In this document: positions 1 to 12,995 of the stretch, one piece after another
Layout: every line of letters begins with the position of its first letter
How positions within the stretch are numbered: the stretch's first letter is position 1
From: Salpingoeca rosetta
Lineage: Eukaryota > Protista > Choanoflagellata
DNA: 64,000 nt
Direction: 5' to 3'
Assembly (NCBI GenBank): GCA_033442325.1
Contig: JAWQFM010000007.1
Location: 1,396,351 to 1,460,350 of the forward strand
The notes under the pieces: model-generated
Databases searched by the model: none
The model's input: the letters and a program-made list of their open reading frames with translations, nothing else
Told to the model about the DNA's origin: nothing
Translations under genes and position numbers: made by a program

Positions 1-1184
1 TGGCAGCACAGCGGCATCCATCCTCCAGTGACGTGACTGCCAACAACAAAGCAACTGCTTTGACGTCTTCGTCGGCTGCTGCATTTTCTTCTTCGTCAAC
101 ACAGGCGGCGTCGGTTGTCGTGCACGCGAAACCGCGTCCTCCACCGCCATCCAAGCAGGCGCCAACACGAAGCAGCGAAGCGCCTGCACCTGCTGCACGC
201 GCTGCACCTGAACCAACCAAGCCTGCGTTGGCAGGCAGCGCGGTGAAGAAGGACGGCGCACGTGTGAGCACCGCAGCAGCGGTGACGACTGCAAAGACGG
301 ATGGTGCGGATAACTCAGGTGCCGGGCGGCCGAAACCGCCACCGCCGAAGAAGCCAGGTCAACTTGCCGGCCACAAGGTCGCGCCCGCCGCCACCAAACC
401 AGCACCTGCAGCCAGGGAGGGCGGCGTTGGTGGTGGTGATGGTACGAATGGCTATGGCAACAATGGCAACAATTTGGTAAAGGAGCTGGGGAAATCCCTC
501 AAGCAGCAAGCACCCGCGACATCAGGGGCAGCAGCTCCCCATGCTGACAAGGGCGCGAAGCACAAGCTGCCACCACCGCGAGCGACAGCAGCCGTCACGC
601 AGGCGCCGCCGTCGAGTGCGCTGCCGCCCCCACGTCAAGCGCGCCCAGCCAAACAGCAGCAGCAACAGTCAGCACAGCCTGTACAGTCTGTACCGCCAGC
701 TCAGCAGCAACAGCCACAGCGTGAGCAGCAGCCAGCGCAACGACCACAGCGCAAGCCGAGTGTGAGACCCACAACCAGGCCGGTAGGGAGCCCTGGGGTG
801 AAGAAGCCCGCAACAGCGCCTGCGTCGGGCGCATCAACAGCGGCACCACGTGCAAGCGTGAAAGCGACACCAGCGCGTACAGCGCCTGCCCTGACCAAAC
901 CACAGGCGGCAGTGTCACCGTCAGCACCAGCTAAGCCGCGCGCCCCTGCACGGGCATCAACAGCACGCAAGCCACCCGCTCACGCTTTGAGCCGAGACGG
1001 CGGAGACACCAAGACGAGCAGTTCCCGCACACCACCCGCACCCTCGTCGTCAACGCCGGCATCAGCAGCATCTGCAACGACAACGGCAGCAACGTCAGGA
1101 CCATCGCGGCCCTCGGCACCATCTGTGCGCAAGTCGGCACCAACAGCGACGCCACCCGCCTCCCGCAAGCACCCGAACCACCAC

Positions 1185-1236
<52 letters not shown>

Positions 1237-1439
1237 CACAGCGACGACCAGCACCGCGGGCGACTCGTGTGCCTGCGAGCTCGAGTTCTTCTTCGTCGTC
1301 GCCTTCGACTGCGGGGCCTTCACGCCCAGCTGCACGCGCAAGCACGCGCACAGGTGGCGCTTCGCAGGGTGCGCCGAGCCGACCACCAGCACGCCCATCT
1401 GCTGGGCCGCGCGCACGAACCAGCAACCAGGCCTCGTCA

Positions 1440-1470
<31 letters not shown>

Positions 1471-1727
1471 CTGTGGCGGCTGCACGGAAGCGTACAAACC
1501 CGGGCGAAGCGAGCACGGCGAAGAAAAACAAGGGGGGTGGCGACGGAGGTGGATCGAGCGTGTGCAAGGCGATTGTGACGTATGTGGCACGAACGGCGGA
1601 GGAGCTGTCGTTTGAGGAAGGCGAGGTGATTGTTCAGCTTTCACCCGCCGTGAATGGGATCTGCAAAGGCATGAAACAGGATGGCACAGTCGGCACCTAT
1701 CGTGCTGCTCACGTCGATTCCTTCTAA
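1..1727 (+). CDS. 3' part (last exon) of a Pro/Ala/Gln-rich protein with a C-terminal degenerate SH3 domain
   Basis: Frame is open from the window start to TAA at 1725-1727. It has many PxxP/PPPP tracts and polyQ. The C-terminus CKAIVTYVARTAEELSFEEGEVIVQLSPAVNGICKGMKQDGTVGTYRAAHV follows the SH3 pattern (A-x-x-x-Y-x-A...ELSF-x-x-G-E/D). Confidence 0.8.
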
Positions 1728-3213
1728 TGTGCTACGTGTGTATTGTTATTGTTATTGTGGTTGTGTGTGTGTGTCGTGGGTTTGTGTGTATTGTGGCTGT
1801 GTGTGTGTGTGTGTGGAGGTGTGCGCCCTGCATTGCAGCACCCTTGCACTGCAACGCCCTGCATTGCAACGCCCTGCATCTCTGTTGGCGCTCCTTTACG
1901 TGTGCATTTCTTTTTCAGGTGTTTTGTCATTTTGGTGTTCTTGATCTTGTTTTTGTGAGTGGAGTCGAGTTTCCTTCGCTGCCACTCTTGTGCAGGCACA
2001 AGATGTGCTGTTTGTTGTGTTTATGGATTGACGATGACTGTAGTGCAAGCGAGAAGCGAGCGAGAGTGTTTAGTCAGCGACCCTGTTTGACGGCAACGTC
2101 ACCCGAGTCAAAAACTACCATACATACATACATCCATCCATGGACTCGTTGCGAGCTCCAATGTTGCAGAGCTCCAAACCAGGGTGATGAGGCAACGTCA
2201 CACAACAACACCACACCAACAAACACGCCAACAAAACACAACAACGTGCAAAACTCGTTTGCGTGCCACCTGGCTGGTTGGCATAGGCATGCTAGGCATG
2301 GCATGTTGCTGGGGCCGTGGTTGTTGCGTGGGTGCGTGCCCTCGTTTGCGTCAACCGCCAGCACCCTCCAAGCAAGCAAGCAAGCCCAGCAAGCAAGTAA
2401 GCGTGTCGTTTCCGGACAAGCAGAACAAACGCCCAAACCGCACAACGCCACGTCATGGTATTGTGCGGAATATTGACTGAAATCTTGTACAATTTATCGT
2501 CAACCGGGAGTCCTACCCCGGGTTTTTTTTGCGCCGGTGTGCTCATGCTTGGCTCGTCAGCACTTGTTCTGAAAGCAGCAAGGCAACCCAACGGCCAGCG
2601 TGGAAACGCAGAAGCCGCCAGCAGGGACACCGCAAGTGCGCATGCGCAAGCGAAAAGCACTCCGAAGCCGCGCAGCAGCGCAGTTCCCGCAGCCCATCAG
2701 CACTCGCCCGCGCACGCTCTCGTCGTTGCTCTTGTGCGTCGTGCCGTGTGTCGTGCCTTGTTTGGAGTGCTGTGCGCGTGTGCGTGTGCGTGTGCGCTTG
2801 TGCGTGCTTCCTGGGCTGTGCTCACATTTTTCTCACCACCACCAAACCTCGGCAGCTTCGTCTCTTTTGCGAAGCGCACGGGGTTCCGGAGGGCTCCGAG
2901 ACACGAAACCACCACCACCACACCCAATAGACTAGCTGCTGCCACAAAACATCACCGAGTTCCCATATTCCCCCTTCTGTCGTTCTCTCCCTCTCCTCCT
3001 CCTCCTCGTCCTTCCCTTCTTCTTCCATTCTTTCTGCCATTCTTTCCCTTCCTCCACCTCGACTCGTCTGCTACGACTGTTCGATCCCTGAACCAGCTCC
3101 CCCTATTCCACCCCCCCCCTTCCAACCTTTCTCTGTGTTTTGGCTTGAACCATCTATCTCCCTGGGTTGTTCTTGTTTGTCTTCTCCCTTGAGCAACGGC
3201 ATTTTTTCCTGTG

Positions 3214-5280
3214 ATGCACAGAGTTTGCTTTGCGGGCCACTCCTCGACCCATGCATCTCCTTTCTGCTCCGTCGCTGGTGAGGAAGACGACGACGACGAC
3301 GACGACAATCGGCGCTCACCGCTCAACCTCTTTGACGAAACACTTCACACTGCTTCAAGCGCAGGCAGCAGCAACAGTCTTCACTCTACTGACGCTGAAG
3401 CCTTCGTGAGCTTCCCGGACAGCACCAGCGCCGCCCTTTACTCAACCACCAAGCTTCCTCCGCCGCTCCCGCTTCCCTTGCCTCAGCAGCAGGAACAAGA
3501 AGAGCACGAAGATCTTGAGGACGACGAAGGCCTTGTCCTTAACCTCTCCCCTTTGTCCAACTGCCCCGCCGAGTGCGACGCCACCTCTCTGCCTTTCCCC
3601 GACTTTGGGAACCCCTTCAAGACGGCAAGCCAACAAGAAGCACGCTCATCCTCCGACGCTGCCGCGCCAACCACCAATGTTGCGACGGCGCCAACGGTCG
3701 AGTTTTTCGACCTCCTAGCGCAGGATCAGCCTTCGCCAGGCTTCTTCCCCTTGCCGCCAGGCACCCCGCCTCCGGCCTCGTCCTCCGCCGCGGCCCAGAC
3801 GACTGGCGCTACCGCCAGATCAGCCGTCACGACCAACGGCAACGGCAACGTCACGCCAGCCTCAGCTGCTGGCACGACCATGACTGATGCCGTGATGGTG
3901 GGCGGTTTGCAGGCGTCGGCCCAGGTGACGCAGATGTCTGTGAGCAGGGCGCAGGGCATGCCCCCAGGTGTGCCCGCCACGGCAACGCTGGACCTGTGGA
4001 ACGTGGACTTTCTCAACGAGGCAGCGTGCTCGTCGTCGCCGACCCCGCCCGCCATGCTGAGCGCTCTGGCGCCCTACATGCCGCAGGACGCCATGGTGAA
4101 CGGCGCTGCCGGCAATCAGGGTGTTGCGCAGGCATCGGCTCGCCGCTCGTGCCTAGCACCGCGCCGCTCTGGGCAGCACAGCATGCCGCCAGCCCTTTCG
4201 CTGGCCGCCAGCAACTACAACAACTACGCCAGTTACAGCACCTTCACGGCCAACGCCAACCCCGGCAATAACAACACCAACAGCAGCAGCAGCGCAAATC
4301 CAGCGGTTTCGTACGCGTACTCGCCCAGCGGCGTGCCCGCCGTGCTGGTGCCGATGATGGCGCCACAGCACTCGGCAGCGGCCCTCACCCACGCTGGCAA
4401 CATGGTGGAAGGCCGTGTCGCGAGCACCGGCACGGGCACCATCACGGGGAACAGCAGCACGTACAGCGGGAGCGACCTCAAGACGGAGGAGCAGCTCTCC
4501 CCCTCGCCTGTCGCCAACATGCTCTCCGAGGACGATGAACAGGCGCTCGACTTTGCCATGTGCGGCGACCCCATGTTGATGGACACGCGCACGACAACGC
4601 CGCCGCCGCCAGCGAACCGGCTGCGCGCACCGATGACCCGCGGTCGCAGGCGCAGGCGCAGCAAGCGGCAGCAAGCAGCTGTCTCGCAGGCATCGCAGCC
4701 GCACGTGATGACCATGATGCCTGCAAGCATCAGCGCCATGGCGAGCAGCAGCATGTCCTCAGCGGGCTCTGCACCGCGGAGAAGCCTGCGCCAGAAGCAA
4801 CAGGGCCAAGTGCACAAGCAGCGCAGCAAGCAGTCCAAGCGCCACCAGCAGCAGCAGGAGGAGGAGGAGGAGGAGGAGCAAGAGACCTCGCCTCCATCGT
4901 CCAACTCGAGTGATCACGGGCACAGCAGCGCCCATCACCCGCACAAGCGCGGCGTGAAGCTCGAGTCCAAGTACCAGTGGGACGAGCACCTCCTCACCAT
5001 GCCACGTGCTGAATTTGTGCACTTTACGCGCACCAACAAGCACCTGACTGCGGATCAGCTGCAAGACCTGCGACAGACGCGCCGCCGCATGAAGAACAGG
5101 CTGTACCAGAAGGATGCCCGGGACAGGCGGTTCATCAGGGTTGCGCGGGAGCGGGAGTTGACCCGCCACCAGCTGCAGGCGTCTGTGCGCCGTCTCTCTG
5201 CACGCTGCCTTCGTCTTGAGGCCATCATCCGCGCCCACTGCCCAGAACAGCTCACCACCCTCACCGAAGAGCAGCTGTGA
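3214..5280 (+). CDS. Maf-type bZIP transcription factor, single exon
   Basis: ATG 3214 to TGA 5280, no introns. The C-terminal WDEHLLTMPRAEFVHFTR...LTADQLQDLRQTRRRMKNRLYQKDARDRR resembles the Maf extended homology region plus basic region (N-x-x-Y-x4-R), followed by Leu heptads. The long N-terminus is acidic and Pro/Ser/Gln-rich. Confidence 0.8.
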   Translation: MHRVCFAGHSSTHASPFCSVAGEEDDDDDDDNRRSPLNLFDETLHTASSAGSSNSLHSTDAEAFVSFPDSTSAALYSTTKLPPPLPLPLPQQQEQEEHEDLEDDEGLVLNLSPLSNCPAECDATSLPFPDFGNPFKTASQQEARSSSDAAAPTTNVATAPTVEFFDLLAQDQPSPGFFPLPPGTPPPASSSAAAQTTGATARSAVTTNGNGNVTPASAAGTTMTDAVMVGGLQASAQVTQMSVSRAQGMPPGVPATATLDLWNVDFLNEAACSSSPTPPAMLSALAPYMPQDAMVNGAAGNQGVAQASARRSCLAPRRSGQHSMPPALSLAASNYNNYASYSTFTANANPGNNNTNSSSSANPAVSYAYSPSGVPAVLVPMMAPQHSAAALTHAGNMVEGRVASTGTGTITGNSSTYSGSDLKTEEQLSPSPVANMLSEDDEQALDFAMCGDPMLMDTRTTTPPPPANRLRAPMTRGRRRRRSKRQQAAVSQASQPHVMTMMPASISAMASSSMSSAGSAPRRSLRQKQQGQVHKQRSKQSKRHQQQQEEEEEEEQETSPPSSNSSDHGHSSAHHPHKRGVKLESKYQWDEHLLTMPRAEFVHFTRTNKHLTADQLQDLRQTRRRMKNRLYQKDARDRRFIRVARERELTRHQLQASVRRLSARCLRLEAIIRAHCPEQLTTLTEEQL

Positions 5281-6137
5281 GGCTGTGTCGGCGTGTGCGT
5301 GTGTGTGCGTGTGCGTGCGAATGTTAGACAAGCTGCTGCTGCTCTTTGAACACGTTTTTTTTTTTTTGTGTGTGTGTGTGTGCTGCTCATTTCCCATGCC
5401 AGGTTATATCTGAGCCTGTGTTGTGATTTGTCTTTTTTCGTGATGCTGATCGATCATGATTGGGGTGTTGATGACAAGCTTGACTGACAACAAGCTTGCG
5501 CGTGTGTACCTGCAAGCCTTCTGCTGACTAGCCCCTGTGCACATGTGTGTATGTGTGTGAATGTGCGTAACGTCCATCCCTTCGTCTTACGCTACAATTG
5601 CTGACGCTTTGTATGTTAATTGAAAGTCGTGTTGACATTGAAGACACTCCCCGAGTCAAGTCAAGCCATGGTACAGGGTGCGGGTGGAAGGGTGAAGGCC
5701 GATAAGATTTGATTTGGTAGCTGTATTGAATGAAAATGAGATGGCACGTGATATGCACCCAAGCAGCAGCAGCAGCAGCTGCTGCTGCAAAGTGTGTGTG
5801 GGAGAGATTGAGGAGGGCAAAGCAAGCGTGCAGTGGGGTTCAACTATCAAGAAAGGAGAGGGAGCGGTAACGACATCGAAGGGTCAAGTGACCAAGGGAA
5901 AACGACCAACACAAGGGACACAGGCATACGCAAGCATGGACACGTACAAGCGCACACATACACAAGCAGAAAAAGAACAACTAAAACCACACTCACACAC
6001 AATACACACACAATACACACAAAGAAGCATACAAACACACACACACACACACACAAAGAATCACACACAAAAACACACACACAATACACACACACACAAT
6101 ACACACACACAATACACACACACACACACGTGGAGCG

Positions 6138-6719
6138 TCAGGAGGTGATGGAGGGGTGTTTTGATTTGGACTTGACAAGATTAACCCGAGAGATGCGGCG
6201 TGAAGCGCTCTTCTTCAATGAGCCTGTTTTGCCCGGGGGATGGATTTCAAACTGAGGGAATCGAGAGGCGATGACATCCGCCTGCAACAGGGGCGAGAAC
6301 CGGTACCGGCCGACACTCATGGACACGACGTCTTCCTCCTCCTCCTTCTTGCGTCGCCCAGATGTGGAGCGCGTTGAAGACGGTCTCGATGGTGGGGCAA
6401 CGGATGCAGTCTCCGAATCAAAGCCATCACCCAGCGCCAGTGGCATCAGCAGCACCGGGACCATCACCGAACGCGACTTGAGCACCGTGGTCACAGGCTG
6501 GCTGGAGTTGGCGAGCTCGGGCAACAGCGCCAGGCGGCCGCGGTCTGTGGCCAGGTCCACCTTTGAATCCGGTGGGATGCTGCATATTTGTGCAACCTGG
6601 TCATAAAAGTGGCACACTTGGCAGTCCAGGTTCAAGTACGTCACCGTCCCAGCCCCATGTACCACCTCCACAAAGTTGGCTTCCCCTCCACCACCGCCGC
6701 TGTTGTCGTCCGTGCCCAT
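6138..6719 (-). CDS. CXorf65/C22orf15-like protein (Il2rg-named Pfam family), single exon
   Basis: 193-aa ORF. FVEVVHGAGTVTYLNLDCQVCHFYDQVAQICSIPPDSKVDLATDRG matches the F-I-x-V-x-H/F-G...N-x-x-C...P...IDL...G pattern of CXorf65/C22orf15. Also RFSPLL and a basic C-terminal tail. Confidence 0.6.
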   Translation of the reverse strand: MGTDDNSGGGGGEANFVEVVHGAGTVTYLNLDCQVCHFYDQVAQICSIPPDSKVDLATDRGRLALLPELANSSQPVTTVLKSRSVMVPVLLMPLALGDGFDSETASVAPPSRPSSTRSTSGRRKKEEEEDVVSMSVGRYRFSPLLQADVIASRFPQFEIHPPGKTGSLKKSASRRISRVNLVKSKSKHPSITS

Positions 6720-7067
6720 CGCGTCTGTTGACTGCGTCGTTGGCTGCTGGCCGAGTGGTCGTCAGGGCGAACAGGTTAGCGACATCAAAAAATGCAGTGT
6801 GGTCTGCTTGTTTGGTTGTCGCTGCTGCTGTGTCGCTGCTGTTGTGCTTTGTTTGCGACTACCTGCTGCCTGCGTGTCTCACAACATCACAACACCACAT
6901 CATTGTCCGTCCATATCCTTGTCACACTGTCACCATCAGTCTGCCTGTCCGTGCCAGTGTGACGTGACCACTGCACACCTGCGCGAGCCAGAGTGTTGTT
7001 CTCCCCCTACCCCGTTGTTGCGATCAAAAAAGTTGTTGTGTGGTTTACTTACTTACACGCGCCCTTG

Positions 7068-8850
7068 CTACGCCATGTCATCCCCGCCCAGGAGGGCCTT
7101 GAGCATGCGCTCCACATCATCTGGTGAGAACCGCAGATACTTGTGCGGGTTCTTCTGCGAGAAGCCCGATGTGCTGTATGCGTTGTTGAACGCCACAAAG
7201 CGCGGCAGCACCGTGTCAAGGTTCGTCTGCGTGAGCTCTTCCCGCAACGCCTGCGTATGCGTGCGTGTGTGTGCATGTGTGTGAATGTGCATGTGTGTGT
7301 GTGTGTTAAAGCAAGGCAGGAAGGGGCTGTTGTGTGCAGCAGGGCACGTGCTGCCAGTGACACGGAGACCACAGCTACGGCAGCTCCATAACCACACACC
7401 TGGCTTGGAATGGCAAACTCCTGCTGTAGGGCCTGAATCCGTTCCAGCTCCGTGTTGAACGTGGTGTAGCGCTCCTTGATCATATCCCTTTCCCGCTTCG
7501 ACAGCGGTGTTGACACCGCCTCAACCTTCAACGCGCCCTGTAACCATGACGGTGACGATGGTGTTTGAGGGAGTGAGTGAGTGAGCGAGTGAGTGAATGC
7601 ACGAATGGTGTGTGCAGTGATGCCAGTCAATGCGTCGAGTGGCACAACAGCAGATACACACGTGCACGTACACGTACACGCACACACACACACGCGCACG
7701 TACACGTACACACACACGTACACGTACACAAACACAAACACACACGCACGCACTCGACGCCAATGAAAGCGGTAAAAGCAGTGTGCTTGAAAGCGCCACC
7801 ACTGTTCGTTGTCAGCTGACGCTGCCAGGCGTACCAGAAGCGTTTCCCATGTCGTCTTGAGGTAAAGGTCCTTTGCCGTCTCCACAAGCTCCTCAAAGTG
7901 CACAACAAGCTGCAGAATGCACACACACACATACACACACAGGCAATCGTCAAATCTTGGCTGGTGTCACGTGTCGCAACGTGGCAGATGCCATACAAAC
8001 AGCAGAGGCTGAACACACACACACACACGCACATACACAAGCAAACACACACGCGCGCGCGTACACACGCACACACCTCACGCAGTGTTTCCTCCGTCAC
8101 ATGGGTTTCAAATACGTTCCCCTTGAGTGCACTGCAACCATGGAGATAAAGAGCAAGCTGAGCATACGCACAACACAGCTTGCTTCGGCTTCCAACCACA
8201 ACAGCCATGTAATCGCATCCACAAAACAAGTGGCGCGAACAAACATTGCGCAAACATTGCGCACAACAAACACAGCACCGTGCAACCGGCACACGCCCAC
8301 CTGACAATGTACGCGTAGTTGTTCATGAGAAAGACGTTGAGGATGGTCGGGTCCTCGTACGTCCGCGCCTTCAGCTCAAGATTGTCCTTCAAAGCCGTCA
8401 ACACTTGAACGGCAAACATGCAGCAGCGGGAGCAGCGAGAGGATGTGTGCGTGTGTGTAAATGTGTGTGTGTGTAAAAGTGTATGTGTGTGTGTGTGTAA
8501 ATGTGTGTGTGTGTGAGTGTGTGTGTGTGTGTGTGAGTGGGTGTGTTGTGTGTTTGTGGATGAGGGTCGTGAATGAGCAGAAAATGTTGATGTGAGCAGG
8601 AAAGCAGCAGGAGAAACATACACACGTACACCTACACCCACGCACACACCTGAGGAAAGCCAGTTTGTGAGGGTGACTTTGGCCTCTGTGCCCGCGATCC
8701 AGTGCATGCCGCGATCGGCGTTTGCGCTCTGCTTGTGGGCGAGCACAGACGCGGCTGCCTCATGATACTCCATGACACTCACAACAAACTTGATGGAGCG
8801 GCTTGTCAGCTCGTGCACTGTCCCGTCCTCAGGCAGCTTCTGCAGTGACG

Positions 8851-8923
<73 letters not shown>

Positions 8924-9392
8924 CGTGTTAGTATGTGACAACTGCTTCAGCACACAAATGCGCAAGTGCGCCACACAAGCTGCCTCCTGCCACCACTCAC
9001 CCCTCCCCCCTCCCTTCATGTGTAATGTGGCAATCGCACGTGTGCCGGCGGATCGCTGCTCACGGAATCCTGGAACCCGAGCAGCACCGCCCGCACAACC
9101 GCTGCCAGGCTGTGCACACGTGAAGGTGTAAGCGAACAGCAGGGCATGTGTGTGAATAGGTGAGGAGCTAAGTCACAAAGTCAGTCGGTAAGTTTGGCTG
9201 AAGGAGCTTCGCATAGTGATGATCACCGTTTGGCACAGGAGACCGAAGATGGGTGGCGTGCAAACAATCGTGAGCATCTGCAGGTGCACATGTGTTGATC
9301 GTACTCGAGCTGCGCCTGGAAGAAGCGGCGTCGATGCTCCGATGTGTCCGTGGCGTCAAAGACGGCAACGAAATACGGCGCCTGATCATCAC

Positions 9393-9489
<97 letters not shown>

Positions 9490-10187
9490 GCGCGCGCAGG
9501 GGCAGGAGGCGATCGAAGAGGGGGAGAAGAGAAGGGAATTGAGGGTGAGCTGAAGTGGTACACAACGCATCAATGCACTTCGCACCAATGCACGTGCCAC
9601 AGGAATGTAATGCAAATCAACACAAGGGTGGGGGGTTCAGGTGGTGCATACGAGCGCATGGAGGCGGCGAAGAACATCAAACGCAGCCAGCGTGGAAAAG
9701 TACTGGTGTTGCGAGCTTTGCATGCTGCAAACAGACAACCGCCACAGAAACACATGTGGAAGTGCACACGGTGTCAGTCACAGCGTCAGAGACCCCCAGC
9801 CAACCCACGACGCCTTCATGGAGTGCTGAAATAGACCGCTCACCACCACATCAGGCGAAATGCATGCACATTACATACACCCGCACATGTACACGCACAC
9901 ACACAGACAGACACATACAGACGAGGTTTCCACATGCGGGTGGTTATTAGTGTCGAACACGACCGCACCCGGTAGCTGTGGTGAGTTTGCGAAGCTTGAG
10001 GAGCAGGGTGTCGAGTGTTTGATCGCACACGTCCGACAGCACACGCGCACAGTAACCTGAATACACCACGAGTGTTGGAAATGAAAGAGGTGACAACGCT
10101 CGTGCAAACAACGACACGAACACACGCACACTCACATACACACACATACACATGCACACACATACACACGGAGGCACGCACGTACAC

Positions 10188-10218
<31 letters not shown>

Positions 10219-12919
10219 TCCACATCCACATACACATACACATACACATCCACATCCACATAGACATACAGACGTCAACCGCGCAGCAGCTTTATGGTCG
10301 TACGTCGAGGAAGGAAGGCGCAAAGGGTGGCGTGCTCATGGCGAAGGCATGCAAGACACACGTCCAGAAACTCAAGCAACGGCTCTGTGCCCTGTGCAGC
10401 CCATGCATACAACACAGGTGAACGCATACATGCACATAGTGAGTGGATGACTGACACGAACTTGAGAAACACACAGTGGATGTCCACATGCACGTGCTCC
10501 TAAACAAGTTGGTGTGTGGTGTGTGTGTGTGATGAGAGTGCATGGCAGCCTTTGTCATCATCGTTCTCCAACTTTCTCGTAAGCGTCGGTGGCCGTCCGA
10601 TCCGCGTCCGGTTGCGTCTGAATCGAAAACAAACAAGGAAAAGCGCAGCCAGACGGGTTGTGAGTGCTGGACTGAGGATTACACACATGTTTCCCACGGC
10701 GACCGCGGTAGCACACTCAAAGCGAACCGTGCAACACGCACGTATCACATACCACGCCTCATATACCACACATGACATACCACGCATGACATCACGCTAT
10801 CAACTGACCGCCCTGCCTGGCGACCCCATGATCTGGCTGTGTCTGCGAATGGAATCAACGCGGGATTTACGCAGCAGCGACGACGTACGATGCAGCACAC
10901 CCTGGACCTGGTCGAGAGGGGATCACAGTCGATGGCAGTCGCGTGAGAACTCGCCCAGGTGGTGCTGGTGGCGGCAGCCGTGTTGGTGTTGTGCTCGTGA
11001 CTAGCAAAACTCGGGATCACTGAAGCACTGAAGCACTGGAGCAAGAAACAACAAGACAACAACGACAGTACGGACGAGCAACAGCGGCGCGCACGTGTGC
11101 ATGTACCTTCTTGGCTGCGCGGGCGGGTGTCCCCGCCAAACCCTGCCTGCTTCGTCCCCTGGCATGCATAACGCAGTGGCGATACGTGAGCAGCAAGTGA
11201 GAAGGAAACTGGCTTGTCCAGGCAAGATGCACAACAGATAAGAGAGAGCATGAGCGCGTGCTATGCATACGGCCATGAATGCACAATGGCAGATAGAGAC
11301 ACCGACAATCAGACAATCAGACACACGCACATATACACCCGCACACATTCACACACTAGCACGTACACACATGAGCACACAAACGAGCACACGCGGGTGC
11401 AGACGTACGCTGGCGTGGATGGGCGATTATCTGGGGCGAGACCGGCGAGGGTCAACTCCATGGGAACGCGGCGCACCCTGGCGGTGATGTCAACGCACTC
11501 GTCAGCGTGTGTGGAGGTGATGATCATCCATTCAGCCAGCGTCTTCAGCGTGGTGATGGTTTCCGTTGACAGTGACGTGTGCACCTCTGGTGCTTCGTGT
11601 GGCGGCACCGCTGTCAGTGCAAACCCGCGCAATGCAACCGGGTGTGTGAGCTTGACCAAAGGGTATTTGTATGGATGATGTCGTGGTGGCTGAAGCAAGA
11701 AACAACAACCATTGTAGCACCATGTGTCTGTGTGTGTCTGTGTGTGTGTCTGTGTGTGTGTCTGTGTGTGTGTGTGTCTCCGTCTCTCTCTCTCTCCCTC
11801 TGTCTTTCTCTGTCACACACACACACACACACGCACGCACGCACTCTCTCTCATACACACACACTCACACACACACACACACTGTGTGTGAATACGGACC
11901 GGCCAGGCGCAGTTGCGTCTGCGAGTCGATGAGAGCGAGGATCTCGGCCTCCTCCAGTGGAAGACTGTACCGTTCCAGCACCTCGCCATACTCTTGGATG
12001 AGCGCATCGTGTGATCGCTTGCGCATGGTGCGTAAGCGGGAGAGCTCCGGGTTGTTGGCGTTGTTGTCTTCAAAGTAGGCGATGGCTTCGTCCATCTCCT
12101 TCACAGTGTCAATGTACTCCTCCAGCTCGTAAGAAGGCCCCCTGTCCAATCGCTTCTGCGCCACATGAGCCAGTCTGTAGTACCGCTCCACACCCGACAG
12201 CAGCTCCGACACTTGCTCAATGTTGTCACGTGCCCTGGTGAGTGAGTGAGTGAGTGAGTGAGTGAATGTATGAGTGAGTGAATATGAATGTGAGTGAGTG
12301 AGTGAGTGAATATGAATGTGAGTGAGTGAATGAGTAAGCAAGAGTGAGTGAGTGAGTGTGTGTGTGAGTGTGTGTAAGTGTGCATGCTTTCCTCTGATCA
12401 TTGGGTGTGACACATGCCGAGACGAACCGAGTCAAGACAGACGTCTCCTCGTAGACGGGTTCGATCGAGTGCTGGAGATCTTCCAAGCGCTGCAGGAACG
12501 AGGACAGCAAGTTCTCCTGCAACCAAACACACAACGGTGCAAGCAGATGTGTGTTGATTGGAAGGCGCAGTGGAGAGGCTTCTCGCGCGACACCACAGCC
12601 AGATACCGCCTCAGACACAAGCACACGCGCATGCGCATGCACGCACGCATACCATGCGATCTGTAGCCTGGGACAGGTTCTTTACATTCTCTTGATAGAA
12701 GCGAAGCTGCAATACAAGGGGGGGGGTGTGTGGGTGGGTGTGGTGCCTTTGGTGAGACACAGTGCAACGCGCAAGTCAACACTGATACGTGCAGACGAAC
12801 ACACACACACACACACACATACATGGACAAACCTTCTCCTCGTCGTGCTTGAGCCGCTGCTGCGTCTTGTGCCGCAGGTCGGCCACACCATCGTTGCGGC
12901 GTTCAAACTCTGCACTCAT
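7068..12919 (-). CDS. EXOC7: Exocyst complex component 7 (Exo70), multi-exon
   Basis: ATG 12919 (MSAEFERR) to TAG 7068. Exons carry Exo70 motifs: ELEEYIDTVKEMDEAIAYFEDNNANNPEL, LPEDGTVHELTSRSIKF, LKDNLELKARTYEDPTILNVFLMNNYAYI, ERDMIKERYTTFNTELE and KNPHKYLRFSPDDVERML. Checked junctions are GT-AG. Confidence 0.95.
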
Positions 12920-12995
12920 CTCCGTCGTGGCTGTCCTTTCGCCAACAATCGATTGGCATGAATCAACAACCAATCTCACGCTGACAACAACAACG

